From positions 1 to 31,336 of the IMG/VR virus record IMGVR_UViG_3300038797_000015: 31,336 nt of DNA; one strand, written 5' to 3'. Origin of the DNA: a virus. Its lineage: Duplodnaviria; Caudoviricetes. Each line of letters opens with the position of its first letter. Position 1 is the stretch's first letter. Made by a program: the position numbers and the translations under genes. Of this stretch, positions 1 to 8,631 are shown piece by piece. The notes beneath the pieces are model-generated. The model was not told where the DNA came from. It made no database searches and worked only from the letters and a program-made list of their open reading frames with translations.

Positions 1-119
1 GCTGCACCGGGCAGGGTGCCGACGTCCGCGGCGTGTAAACCCTGCGCACGAATCCGCGCCATGGCCCGTGGGCCGGCCTTGAGGGTGAGGGCGGGAAACT
101 TGATGTGGATGGCGGTCAT
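1..119 (-). CDS. 5' part of a host-like patatin-family phospholipase gene (runs off the window)
   Basis: Manual translation MTAIHIKFPALTLKAGPRAMARIRAQGLHAADVGTLPGAA, recalled as the N-terminus of Pseudomonas patatin-like proteins just before the Gly-rich motif; AGGGGA RBS upstream; absent from the ORF track. Confidence 0.65.
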   Translation of the reverse strand, partial: MTAIHIKFPALTLKAGPRAMARIRAQGLHAADVGTLPGA

Positions 120-128
120 ACCGGTCCC

Positions 129-326
129 CTGTTCGCTGTTGGACTTTCGCCCTTTCCACGTCATGCCATCCATCGCCAGCGCGGACCGGCGCAGTAGCGC
201 TTCCTGCGCAGGCACTTCCGCGGGGATGGTCACGCCGAACTTCACGGCATAGAGAGCCAAATCCTCAGCGGATGCATAGCTTTCGGCATCAGACTTCCCG
301 GTGCCGTCCTCAATGATCAGTGCCAT
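129..326 (-). pseudogene. Truncated phage head-completion/connector protein (DnaT-like annotated family), fused in frame to the downstream gene
   Basis: MALIIEDGTGKSDAESYASAEDLALYA...MDGMTWKGRKSNSEQ (66 aa); the expected continuation (L-x-WPR motif, recalled) is absent; position after the capsid genes. Confidence 0.7.
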
Positions 327-382
327 GTGTCAACTCGCTGTGTTTTTGGACATCAGGCGCCGGTAACCCGGAGCCCGAAGTG

Positions 383-958
383 TTACGCCTTGGGCAGATC
401 GGCAACTGCCTTTTCCAGCGATTCTACCGAAGCATTCGCCCGATACGTCACGTTGGCAGCGTCGAGTTGCGCTTTGAGGTTCGCGATCTTCTCGGCATTG
501 TCGACCGGTTCCGCTGCCACCTTGAGGCGTTCGACTTCAGCGCGGAGAGATTCGACCTCGCCCACCAAGTTGTCACGTTCACCCGTGAGGGTTTCGAACC
601 CTTCATGAATTGCTTTCAGCGCACCGAACAAGCGGATCGGCAGTTCGCCGGCGCCTGGGTGTTCCAGTTCAGTCAGACCTTCGGCGGCTTCGATCAGCAG
701 CACGATGCCATCGCGCTCAGCATTCAACTTGTCGATCAGCTCCTGCAGCGCACCGTGATCACCACAATCGGCGATCAGCAGCACCGGTGCCGATTCAACC
801 TGCCGCACCGTCACCTCCGGCACATCATCGGCCTCACCTTCGCGACTTTCAGTGATGTTCGCGTCGATGATTCGCAGGCCGTGTTCCTTTGCCAGCGCCT
901 TCACGTCTTCCCGGTACTGGTGAAACGGTCCGGGCAGATACCAGATTTTATTGCTCAT
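383..958 (-). CDS. Phage head-region protein with coiled coil and C-terminal HeH/LEM-like motif
   Basis: 191 aa ORF directly after the capsid gene; C-terminal LKAQLDAANVTYRANASVESLEKAV. Confidence 0.75.
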   Translation of the reverse strand: MSNKIWYLPGPFHQYREDVKALAKEHGLRIIDANITESREGEADDVPEVTVRQVESAPVLLIADCGDHGALQELIDKLNAERDGIVLLIEAAEGLTELEHPGAGELPIRLFGALKAIHEGFETLTGERDNLVGEVESLRAEVERLKVAAEPVDNAEKIANLKAQLDAANVTYRANASVESLEKAVADLPKA

Positions 959-1009
959 GATTGCATCTCCGCCAAGCCGGGCACACGTCCCGGCTTGGAC
1001 ATCACGGGG

Positions 1010-1978
1010 TTACTTGGAGGCGTCACCGATCAGAGCCACACCGGCGGTGTGCTTGATGCTGGTAGCGGTCTTGTCCCAGTTGGTACCGGTTGCCAGTTCG
1101 GCGTCGGTTGGAGACTTGCCGCCGGTGGTGGTGTCCCAGGTGTAGCCCTTCAGGCCCAGGCCGAAGGTGTAGTCGGTCTGGAGCGTGGTTTCGATACGCT
1201 CCTTGCCGTTGGTGGTCTGGACGTTGCTGATGATGTCGCGGCCGTCGTGAACCAGCGCAGCACCTTGCACCAAGGACAGGATGATTTCTTTGTTCGGGGT
1301 GCCGGCCTGCATCAGCGCCGGGGCATCCGTCACAACGGAGATCTTGCCGAGAATGTCCACCACGCGGACGTTGCCAGCTTGGAACAGCTGCTGCTGGTTC
1401 GCCAGGTTCTGGCCGACCAACTTGTGATAGCTGGTGCCCTGCATCACCTGGGTAACCAGGCTCTGGCTCGCGTCGCCGAACTTCGCATGAGCGTTGTTCA
1501 GGCCGGCGTAGGTGATGCCGGCGGTAGCCGACACGTCGTTGACAGCGGCGGCCTGGGCGGTAATCGCGGCAACCAGTGCGGCGATTGCAGTGTTCAGCTG
1601 GTCCTTGAGCAGGATCTCAGCGAACGCGCGGCTCGCAACTTCGACGCCCTGCGCGGTGGGGCGCTCCAGCCAGCTCATCTGCGATGGTTCGTAGCGGATC
1701 GGACCGAAGCCGCCGGCAACTTTCACAGAGGTGTTCTTCAGTTCGGTCAGGTCGGTAGCAGCCACAGTGGCGTTCGCACTGTAGCGATCCACACGGCGCT
1801 GGGCAGCCGCCAGGGTCTGGAAGAACGACTCTTGAAGAAAGTCGCCCGTGAAGCCGTCCGGAGACAACACGATTGCACCGCGGCTTGCGGCGTTGAAAGC
1901 GGCGAGATACTGATCCAGCGTCTCGAGAGTCGCCGGCATGATGTATTCGTTGAAAACCTGCATTTGCGACAGGGACAT
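1010..1978 (-). CDS. Major capsid protein
   Basis: 322 aa, follows the scaffold gene, AGGA RBS, GLGLKGYTWD...GGKSPT motif recalled from phage coat proteins. Confidence 0.88.
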   Translation of the reverse strand: MSLSQMQVFNEYIMPATLETLDQYLAAFNAASRGAIVLSPDGFTGDFLQESFFQTLAAAQRRVDRYSANATVAATDLTELKNTSVKVAGGFGPIRYEPSQMSWLERPTAQGVEVASRAFAEILLKDQLNTAIAALVAAITAQAAAVNDVSATAGITYAGLNNAHAKFGDASQSLVTQVMQGTSYHKLVGQNLANQQQLFQAGNVRVVDILGKISVVTDAPALMQAGTPNKEIILSLVQGAALVHDGRDIISNVQTTNGKERIETTLQTDYTFGLGLKGYTWDTTTGGKSPTDAELATGTNWDKTATSIKHTAGVALIGDASK

Positions 1979-1989
1979 GGATTATTTCC

Positions 1990-2697
1990 TTACGATTGAG
2001 GGAGATCTGGGAACCGGCTGGCGATCGCCGCCGTACGTTCCGTCTTGGTGCCGCCGATGTTTCCTTTCGGGGCCCCGCCCCCACCACCTGCACCGCCGGC
2101 CCCGCCGCCGGATGCCTTGCTACCCGCGATCAATGGCGCGAACGCCACGTCATTTGCGAATTCTGCTTGCAGCTCGTCCAGCGTTGCCGCCGAGAGCTTG
2201 CCCTGCGGATCGAGGACGACCACAACAGGCTTCCCGTCGCGCTGCTCGACGCCAAGGCGGCGCTCGATGTGCGGCAACAGGGCTTTGGCGCTGCCCGGGA
2301 TTGCCAGGGCAGACGCGATATCAGTAGCGGTGCGGCCGACAGTCAGATCCCGGATCTGTCCGCTCAGCGTTCCGCGCTCCTGCTCCAGCATGCCGTTCAG
2401 CTCAGCTTCGCGACGGTTGTATTTTTCAGTCCAGGATCGTTCGAGCTCTTCGACGTTGCCGGACTTGCGAGCGGCTTCTTCACGCTCCAGGCGTGCCGCT
2501 TCTTCGGCCTCGCGCGCCTTCTTCTCGGCCAGTTTCTTCTCGCCGAGCAGCTCATCAACCTTGGCCTTCAGGCCGGATACATCTTCTTGCTGCGGCAGAC
2601 CTTCAATGCCGAGTACGAACTTGCCGTCCTTCTCGGTGTAAAGAGCGCGCACGGCTTCATCTACCCCATCCAGGGTATCCAGTTGGAATTTCAGCAT
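1990..2697 (-). CDS. Capsid scaffolding protein
   Basis: Start MLKFQLD with GGAG RBS; charged coiled coil and Gly-rich C-terminus; directly upstream of the capsid gene. Confidence 0.8.
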   Translation of the reverse strand: MLKFQLDTLDGVDEAVRALYTEKDGKFVLGIEGLPQQEDVSGLKAKVDELLGEKKLAEKKAREAEEAARLEREEAARKSGNVEELERSWTEKYNRREAELNGMLEQERGTLSGQIRDLTVGRTATDIASALAIPGSAKALLPHIERRLGVEQRDGKPVVVVLDPQGKLSAATLDELQAEFANDVAFAPLIAGSKASGGGAGGAGGGGGAPKGNIGGTKTERTAAIASRFPDLPQS

Positions 2698-2742
2698 TGG
2701 TTGTCTCCCAGAGACGTAGGAGCAGGCCCTGCCTGCGGGCAT

Positions 2743-2769
2743 AAAAAACCCCGGCGGTGGCCAGGGTTT
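2743..2769 (-). terminator. Rho-independent terminator after the moron gene
   Basis: Minus strand AAACCCTGG-ccaccg-CCGGGGTTTTTT. Confidence 0.7.
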
Positions 2770-2817
2770 GATGTTTCTTCAATCTTAGAAATTGATGTGC
2801 TGACTAATTTGGTTGGC

Positions 2818-3102
2818 TTACGTATGTACGGTGGTAACGATGTTCACATGGTCGCCCCTACGTTTTATCCAAAGCAGGCGCTCTCCGTTAATCGTTACTG
2901 GCCTCCCAGGCATCCAATCGCCGGTAAATACCGAGCCAGTTCCAAAGACGATGTTTGCGATTTCCGCAAATAGCTCATCCGAGAGCTCATAAACGTTGTG
3001 CGTACATTGAGCATAATTTCTTTCTAACTGATGGTCTGTCTGCTTGTTAAGGCATTCATCCACACGCTCATTTAGCAGCGAAAACTCATACGGCGCAGCC
3101 AT
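2818..3102 (-). CDS. Moron-like hypothetical protein (94 aa)
   Basis: AAGGAG RBS, visibly AT-richer, own terminator, inserted between minor capsid and scaffold genes. Confidence 0.75.
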   Translation of the reverse strand: MAAPYEFSLLNERVDECLNKQTDHQLERNYAQCTHNVYELSDELFAEIANIVFGTGSVFTGDWMPGRPVTINGERLLWIKRRGDHVNIVTTVHT

Positions 3103-3162
3103 AAGCCAGACTCCTTGCTTCTATCACCCATACATTGGGCGGACACATCAGATCCTATCGCT

Positions 3163-4257
3163 CTATCGACCGGCCAATCCAGCCCGCACGAATGCCAGCG
3201 GTTCAAGAGCTTTCATCTGCACCAGGGTGAGCGGTGCAAAATTGCGATCGAGCTGCAGCTCAGCGAAACGCTCGACGCTCAGGCCGCCTTCACGGAACAA
3301 CTTCGCCCGAACCGGGCCAATAGCTTTGTCCTGAAACGCCGCCGGTTGTTGTTTGAGCCAGTCGTAATAGCTCAGGTCTGCCCTCACCTGCTGGGCACCT
3401 CGGTCACCGATGGATGCCCTGGTGGCGCCCTCGGCGAACAGCGCACTGAAGCGCGTCACCGCCACCACCGTCGAACGGCAGTTGACGTGGATCGGCGGCC
3501 GGGGCCCCTCCGTCAGCTTGAACCGGCGTTTGTCCAGCGTCCGGCACTGGCTGGTGGTCTTCGAATCCAGGGTGCTGACCCACTCCACCGATTGCACGAC
3601 ATCGGAGTTCTCTTTCAGCGTCTCCATGCGCGCCTGGGTGGCGACGTGCTGCACCGCCGTCCGTACGATGGCGCCGGCGTTGCGGTTCGTCGTCGCCAGG
3701 ATGCCGTCGTTGTACTGAAGCGCCTTGGTGCCGCGAATGTTTTTGATGATCTGGAAGTTCGTCTGACCTTCGAAGAAGCCCTGCCTGATCGCGCCTGTGA
3801 GGCGTTGCCGCTCTGTTGCAGTGAAGCCATCAATGAAGGTCTTGAGCAGCTTGCCGCCGTCAGCACCGCGCACGCTGAGCGGATTAGTGAGGATGGCTGC
3901 CCTGATTGCAGCAGCACCTGGCACCGCGGCGTCAAACGACACACCGACCGGCGCCGCCCGGGTCAGGCTGGTTGCCTCAAACTCGGCCTCATAGTTGGCG
4001 ATGTCCACCAGGTCGAGGCTCAGCTTCTCGCTGTACCGTTCGAAAATGCCCAGGAGCATGCTGTCGACTTCGCTCAGCAGCCGCTCCAAGCGGGCGACGG
4101 TGTAATCCGTCAGGTCAGCCCGGGTCAGCCGCTCGCGGATCGAGCGGTCGATCTCCTTGAGGAATGGCGCGAACTTCGCGACCTCCCCCGACTTCAACTG
4201 CTCGAGGAACACCGCGTGCCGAATCGTGGCATCAAGGATCGCTTGGTTTACCGCCAT
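3163..4257 (-). CDS. Minor capsid / head morphogenesis protein (SPP1 gp7 / Mu F family)
   Basis: WVSTLDSKTTSQC and PPIHVNCRS motifs; follows the portal gene. Confidence 0.88.
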   Translation of the reverse strand: MAVNQAILDATIRHAVFLEQLKSGEVAKFAPFLKEIDRSIRERLTRADLTDYTVARLERLLSEVDSMLLGIFERYSEKLSLDLVDIANYEAEFEATSLTRAAPVGVSFDAAVPGAAAIRAAILTNPLSVRGADGGKLLKTFIDGFTATERQRLTGAIRQGFFEGQTNFQIIKNIRGTKALQYNDGILATTNRNAGAIVRTAVQHVATQARMETLKENSDVVQSVEWVSTLDSKTTSQCRTLDKRRFKLTEGPRPPIHVNCRSTVVAVTRFSALFAEGATRASIGDRGAQQVRADLSYYDWLKQQPAAFQDKAIGPVRAKLFREGGLSVERFAELQLDRNFAPLTLVQMKALEPLAFVRAGLAGR

Positions 4258-5692
4258 CCTCGTCTACCTCGTCATCATCCAGATCAGGCCCAGGGTTTTC
4301 GGTCTCCAGCTCGTCGCGGATCTGGTCGTCTGTCTTTTCAGGGTCGATAACCCCACGGTCACGCAGGTACTGCCAGAAGTCTCCCGCCGGCAGCTTGCCG
4401 CCCTGCACCGCGTTGAACAGTGCTGCAAGGATCGTGGCGTCCAGGGTGATTTGACTGAAGTCCTGATTGAGCTTGTAGAGCGCTTCGCCCGGGGCATTCA
4501 CGAACTCAGCCATCCAGACCAGGCACTGGCTGTAGGCTTCGCTGACGTTGCTCACCACCAACGACAGGACGCTGTGCTCAGCGGCGCTGTCGTTGTCGGC
4601 TTGAGTCGCGGTCTTCACCGCGCTGCCCCGCTCGATCAACCGGGCGCCGAGAGAAACCATGTCCTCTTTCTTGGCATCCATGGCCTCTTTGACGAGCGTG
4701 TTCGGCTCAGGCTGAGCAAAGCCGCACGAACCGTTGGCCGGGAGCGTCAGCGGTGCCCGAGAGCCGACATAAATGCCGTTCTCTTCCAAGTGATCGCGCC
4801 AGGACTCATCAAGCCCGGAAATCCAAAACTGTGGCTGTCCGGAGAACCACACCGAATCCTCGTAGTCCGCACTGTTGCAGTAGTGGCCGATGTTGAGCAC
4901 GGCCATGTCGTACAGCGGCGAATCGTCGATGCTGGTGTCGTTGTTCTCGCTGCCCAGGAACTGGAACGGAATCAACTTCCACGGTTGCCCAAGGCCATTC
5001 AGTGGCGTGAAAGGCGGAATAATCATTGCCGTCTCACTGCTGCCCTCTTGCCAGACCTCCTGCGTGTAAACGCCGGCGTCGTCCAGGCGCAGCACTCGAT
5101 ACTGCACAACACGCTCACTGCCGAAGCCGTCATCGGTATCGATGTCCACCTCTTCGCGCAAGACAATCAGGCTCAGCAGGTGCTGACCACCGACCTTGCG
5201 AGTTTTCCAGTTCCTGATGGCCTCTGCTGGGTAGCTGGCAACGTTCGCCCTGGCGCGTCCGGCCTGCTCATCCGCCCTACTCACCGTGCCTGCTTCGACG
5301 GCTGCGTAATCCACCAGCAGCCCGTGGCGACCAACCTCAAGCAAATGCCCGATGACCGATTGCGACTGTTGATAGATGCTCACGCCCTGTCCGTCGATGT
5401 CCTTTGACACGTAGTCGAGAGCGCCGGGAACGGTCAGAGTTGGCCAAGTGCGAAACACTGCGCCAACCAGGCTGTGTTTTGTCCGGCCGGTGGCGTTGTA
5501 AAACACCGCGCGCTGCTTGTAAGCCTTGTACCGCTCCCGGTTCTCTTTGCTGGTGTCGTGCTCATTGGGCTTCGGGAGATAGACATCGCCACGAGCCTTT
5601 ATGGTTTCGGACCCTTTGCACACGTCGCGCACCAGCCGCCAACGGGACTGTGCCGCGTCGTACTCCGGGCGGGTGTATGTGACGTCTGCCAT
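4232..5692 (-). CDS. Portal protein (DUF4055 type)
   Basis: 486 aa directly after terL; YLPKP...RAVFYNATGRT motif. Confidence 0.87.
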   Translation of the reverse strand: MADVTYTRPEYDAAQSRWRLVRDVCKGSETIKARGDVYLPKPNEHDTSKENRERYKAYKQRAVFYNATGRTKHSLVGAVFRTWPTLTVPGALDYVSKDIDGQGVSIYQQSQSVIGHLLEVGRHGLLVDYAAVEAGTVSRADEQAGRARANVASYPAEAIRNWKTRKVGGQHLLSLIVLREEVDIDTDDGFGSERVVQYRVLRLDDAGVYTQEVWQEGSSETAMIIPPFTPLNGLGQPWKLIPFQFLGSENNDTSIDDSPLYDMAVLNIGHYCNSADYEDSVWFSGQPQFWISGLDESWRDHLEENGIYVGSRAPLTLPANGSCGFAQPEPNTLVKEAMDAKKEDMVSLGARLIERGSAVKTATQADNDSAAEHSVLSLVVSNVSEAYSQCLVWMAEFVNAPGEALYKLNQDFSQITLDATILAALFNAVQGGKLPAGDFWQYLRDRGVIDPEKTDDQIRDELETENPGPDLDDDEVDEDGGKPSDP

Positions 5693-7179
5693 TAGCGTGC
5701 GAATCCCATTTTGATTGATTTGACCGGCTTCCTGGCGCTCTTGGAGACTGCGAAGTACCGGAAGGCGTCTGCCGGGTGAGAGGACCAGTCATGCAAGGGC
5801 TTGTCCTTCCAGCACCCTCGCTTGTCGTCCCATTCCTTGCGGTAGCTCTCCAACGCGGTGATGCCTTCCTCGCACTTGGATTCGTCGAACGCGCATTTGG
5901 GGAGGATTTCCCGGGCCTGCTCGATGCCTTCGTCGATGCCCAGCTTCGGTACGACCTGGAACGTCATCGAATAGCGCTGGCCGTCGATCTCGTAGCCCTC
6001 GCGGGCGAGTTCGCGGCGGGTCTTGCCATCGCTGCCGAATTCCCGGTTGTCGATGTCGTGCGGCCCCCAGTGCTCGCCGTAGGTGTAGCCCCGATCCTTC
6101 AGCACCTTCATGTAGTGCCGCAGGCCTTCCCCGCTGTTCTGGTAGAAGTCGATGACGTGGTATTCGTCGCCAACGATCCGGACGAACCAGATCGCTGTGG
6201 AATCGCCGACGCCGATGTCCCAGAACGTGTGGACCGGTAGGTGGCTGTTGTCCGGCAGCTTCCCGATGCGCTGGGCCGCGTAGAGCTTGGTGAACTGCTT
6301 GGCGTAGTAGGCACCCTCTATCGTCTGCTGGAATGCTTCGGCAGGAATCGACGGGTACTCGCGCTTCATGTCGTCGCCGAGGGTCTTCTCCTTGGCGCTG
6401 TACCAGGCGCGCTGTCCTGGGTTGGTAACGATCCCGTGCTTGGCGCTCAAGTCGTCGAAGTACTTGGTCAGCCGGTCCGGAATCACCACACCGGCCGGTT
6501 CCAACCAGTACAGCGGGTTCCGCCACCAACTGAAAAAGAAGAACTTCCAGTCCAACAGGCCCAGGGGCACGCCGGCCAATTGCTGCTTCTCGGCAGACTG
6601 GCTGTAATCGAAGAAATACCCGGCCCGGCCCTCAGCCGTGGACTCGATGGTGACGAAGCACTCAGCGGCCACGGCTTCGAAAGCGCCCGTGACGATCTCC
6701 CGCGCCTTGTGTGGAAACTTGGCGCAGATCTTCCCGAACTCGGAAACGTGCAGGTATCGGAGCGTCCCGCCCCGGAACGAGGTCGAGACGTAGAGCGATC
6801 CGCCCTTGCTGAACACCAGTTCACCGGCCGCATCGTTGCGCGCCGGGTTGGCCGCTTTGATCTCTCTCGGCAGGTTGTCGTAGGCGTACTTGACCTTCTC
6901 CCGGAACAAGCGCTTGGCATCGTTCAAGGTGTGAGCGATCAGTGCGCACTTCGCTGCTTCGAACAGCGCAGCATCCAACTGGACGATGCAGACAAGCGTG
7001 GTGAAGCCCAACTGCCGGGCCTTGAGGATGATGTTGCGGGTGTGCATCCCCTGGAAGTAGTCGACCTGCTCCTGCGTCATGCGGAAGCGGACCTTCTTGC
7101 CCTGCTTGTCCGTGATGAAGTACAGGTTGTTCAGTCGCCAGAACCGGTCCCGGAGCAGCTTCATGTGCTCGGGCTTCAT
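5692..7179 (-). CDS. terL: Terminase large subunit
   Basis: Walker A LKARQLGFTT, Walker B LHVSE, ESTAEG coupling motif, nuclease WDIG...D and HDWSSHPADAFRY. Confidence 0.95.
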   Translation of the reverse strand: MKPEHMKLLRDRFWRLNNLYFITDKQGKKVRFRMTQEQVDYFQGMHTRNIILKARQLGFTTLVCIVQLDAALFEAAKCALIAHTLNDAKRLFREKVKYAYDNLPREIKAANPARNDAAGELVFSKGGSLYVSTSFRGGTLRYLHVSEFGKICAKFPHKAREIVTGAFEAVAAECFVTIESTAEGRAGYFFDYSQSAEKQQLAGVPLGLLDWKFFFFSWWRNPLYWLEPAGVVIPDRLTKYFDDLSAKHGIVTNPGQRAWYSAKEKTLGDDMKREYPSIPAEAFQQTIEGAYYAKQFTKLYAAQRIGKLPDNSHLPVHTFWDIGVGDSTAIWFVRIVGDEYHVIDFYQNSGEGLRHYMKVLKDRGYTYGEHWGPHDIDNREFGSDGKTRRELAREGYEIDGQRYSMTFQVVPKLGIDEGIEQAREILPKCAFDESKCEEGITALESYRKEWDDKRGCWKDKPLHDWSSHPADAFRYFAVSKSARKPVKSIKMGFAR

Positions 7180-7181
7180 GG

Positions 7182-7703
7182 TCAGGCGTCCTTCGATAGT
7201 TCGTCCATCAGGGCGGCCAAGGTGTCGACCGACTTGTCACCTTCTTCCGTGTCGATGTTGTAGGCCTGGCGCTCACCCTTGATTACCTTGAGTTGTGCGT
7301 CCACACCTGCGTTCAGTGCGCGAGAGAAGTCGCCGATGTTCTCTTCATCCACGTTCATCTCTGCAAGGGCCACCGAGAGTTTGTCGGCAATGGCGCGCCA
7401 GTTGGCCAGTCCCGCACGGTGAGCAAGCACTACAGCGGCCGCCTGGTCAGATGCCTCTTCGATTATCTCGGCGTCAGTAACCACGGGTGACTGGTTACCG
7501 GCAGTGGTTACCGCGCTGGTTACCTTCTGCTTGGTTGCCGTCCTGACTTGATCAGTGAGGTCACGGGTCCAGCCTTCCTTTTTGGCACGTTTCAGAATCG
7601 TCGCGTGGTTGACGCTGTGCTGCTCACCAATGGATCTCACCGAAAGCGACCCGGCCCGGTAGGCACGTTGGATCGCCTCCCAGTCGGGTTGCTTGGTTGT
7701 CAT
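7182..7703 (-). CDS. terS: Terminase small subunit
   Basis: PDWEAIQRAYRAG N-terminal HTH, KRAKKEGW; directly upstream of terL. Confidence 0.85.
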   Translation of the reverse strand: MTTKQPDWEAIQRAYRAGSLSVRSIGEQHSVNHATILKRAKKEGWTRDLTDQVRTATKQKVTSAVTTAGNQSPVVTDAEIIEEASDQAAAVVLAHRAGLANWRAIADKLSVALAEMNVDEENIGDFSRALNAGVDAQLKVIKGERQAYNIDTEEGDKSVDTLAALMDELSKDA

Positions 7704-7771
7704 AGATATCTCTGAGACTTGAAATGGCTGAGGGTTGTCGGTATTGGTGAGCACCTTTTAAGGAGAACCCC

Positions 7772-7963
7772 ATGTCTGACCGATATGTAGTAAAGAGCGC
7801 GATACCCATGGAAACCGGATCTGTTCGCGATGGTGTTCGCCAGTCCAGCGCAGTTGCGCGCGGCTTTCAGATATTCGATAACTTCGAAAATAAACGACTG
7901 CCCGATAGCTATATGAGCAGCTCGGAAGCTCAGGAGGAATGCGACCGAAGGAACGGAAGGTAG
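7772..7963 (+). CDS. Small antisense-oriented moron protein (63 aa)
   Basis: Strong AAGGAG RBS; fills the gap between late-operon genes in the opposite orientation. Confidence 0.7.
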   Translation: MSDRYVVKSAIPMETGSVRDGVRQSSAVARGFQIFDNFENKRLPDSYMSSSEAQEECDRRNGR

Positions 7964-7997
7964 TCTTATGATCGTGTCGCACTCACCTGCGGCACAC

Positions 7998-8303
7998 CTA
8001 TTCAAACCATCCGGTAGCCTCGGTACCGCACCCGCGGCAGAACACAGCGCCATTAAACTGCTTGCCGCGTCGCATAATGAAGAAGTCATCTGAGCCGCAG
8101 TTGCACTGGTAGCTCTCGTCACCATCGGACGGGCCGTAGGGCCACTTGTATATCCCACGATGCGAACTGCACGACGGACACTCAAGGTTGCGGCACCCTA
8201 CAGGCGCGACGGCTACCCATTCGTGCTTGCAGTGCGTGCAGATTGCTTCGCCAGCTGAGTGAGGTTCGTCCGGCCGCTTGAACTCCAGCACCTTGACGGT
8301 CAT
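7998..8303 (-). CDS. Cys-rich zinc-binding phage protein
   Basis: CxxC, CxxC, CxC and CxxC motifs; ATGA overlap with the upstream gene. Confidence 0.75.
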   Translation of the reverse strand: MTVKVLEFKRPDEPHSAGEAICTHCKHEWVAVAPVGCRNLECPSCSSHRGIYKWPYGPSDGDESYQCNCGSDDFFIMRRGKQFNGAVFCRGCGTEATGWFE

Positions 8304-8491
8304 TTACTCACCATGACGTGGGTTTGACCGTGGGCGTGGCCGTGCAGGACCGCGATCAACAACCCCTGAGGCAGGCCGGCAGCTTTGGCCGTGTCGATCG
8401 CCTTGGCGATGGCGCTATCCAGTTCGGTCACCGCCTGGTTAATCGCCGGGCTCAGTGGTAGCGCATGATGCAGGCGCGTTACAGTGCTCAT
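8300..8491 (-). CDS. Hypothetical phage protein (63 aa, MSTVTRL...)
   Basis: Translationally coupled at both ends (TGATG, ATGA). Confidence 0.7.
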   Translation of the reverse strand: MSTVTRLHHALPLSPAINQAVTELDSAIAKAIDTAKAAGLPQGLLIAVLHGHAHGQTHVMVSK

Positions 8492-8571
8492 CACCAACCC
8501 CCTACCATCTTGCTGCCGATACCCAGGCCAACAACGAACGCCAATACGATCCACATCTCGATTCGGTCCAT
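8491..8571 (-). CDS. Putative 26-aa single-TM peptide
   Basis: MDRIEMWIVLAFVVGLGIGSKMVGGW; GAGGA upstream; TGATG coupling to the next gene. Confidence 0.5.
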   Translation of the reverse strand: MDRIEMWIVLAFVVGLGIGSKMVGGW

Positions 8572-8631
8572 GGCGATGATCCTCGTCGCGTGTCGCGACA
8601 CGATTTGATGATTCTCGAAACGTGTCGCGAC

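Noticed and set aside
320-7263. Long plus-strand ORFs (320-1999, 1996-2973, 3115-4350, 4157-5407, 6241-7263)
   Set aside because: Antisense shadows of high-GC head genes; no RBS or recognisable motifs
7585-7608. CACGTTTCAGAATC resembling the dyad-element core
   Set aside because: Lacks both inverted arms; probably chance within terS
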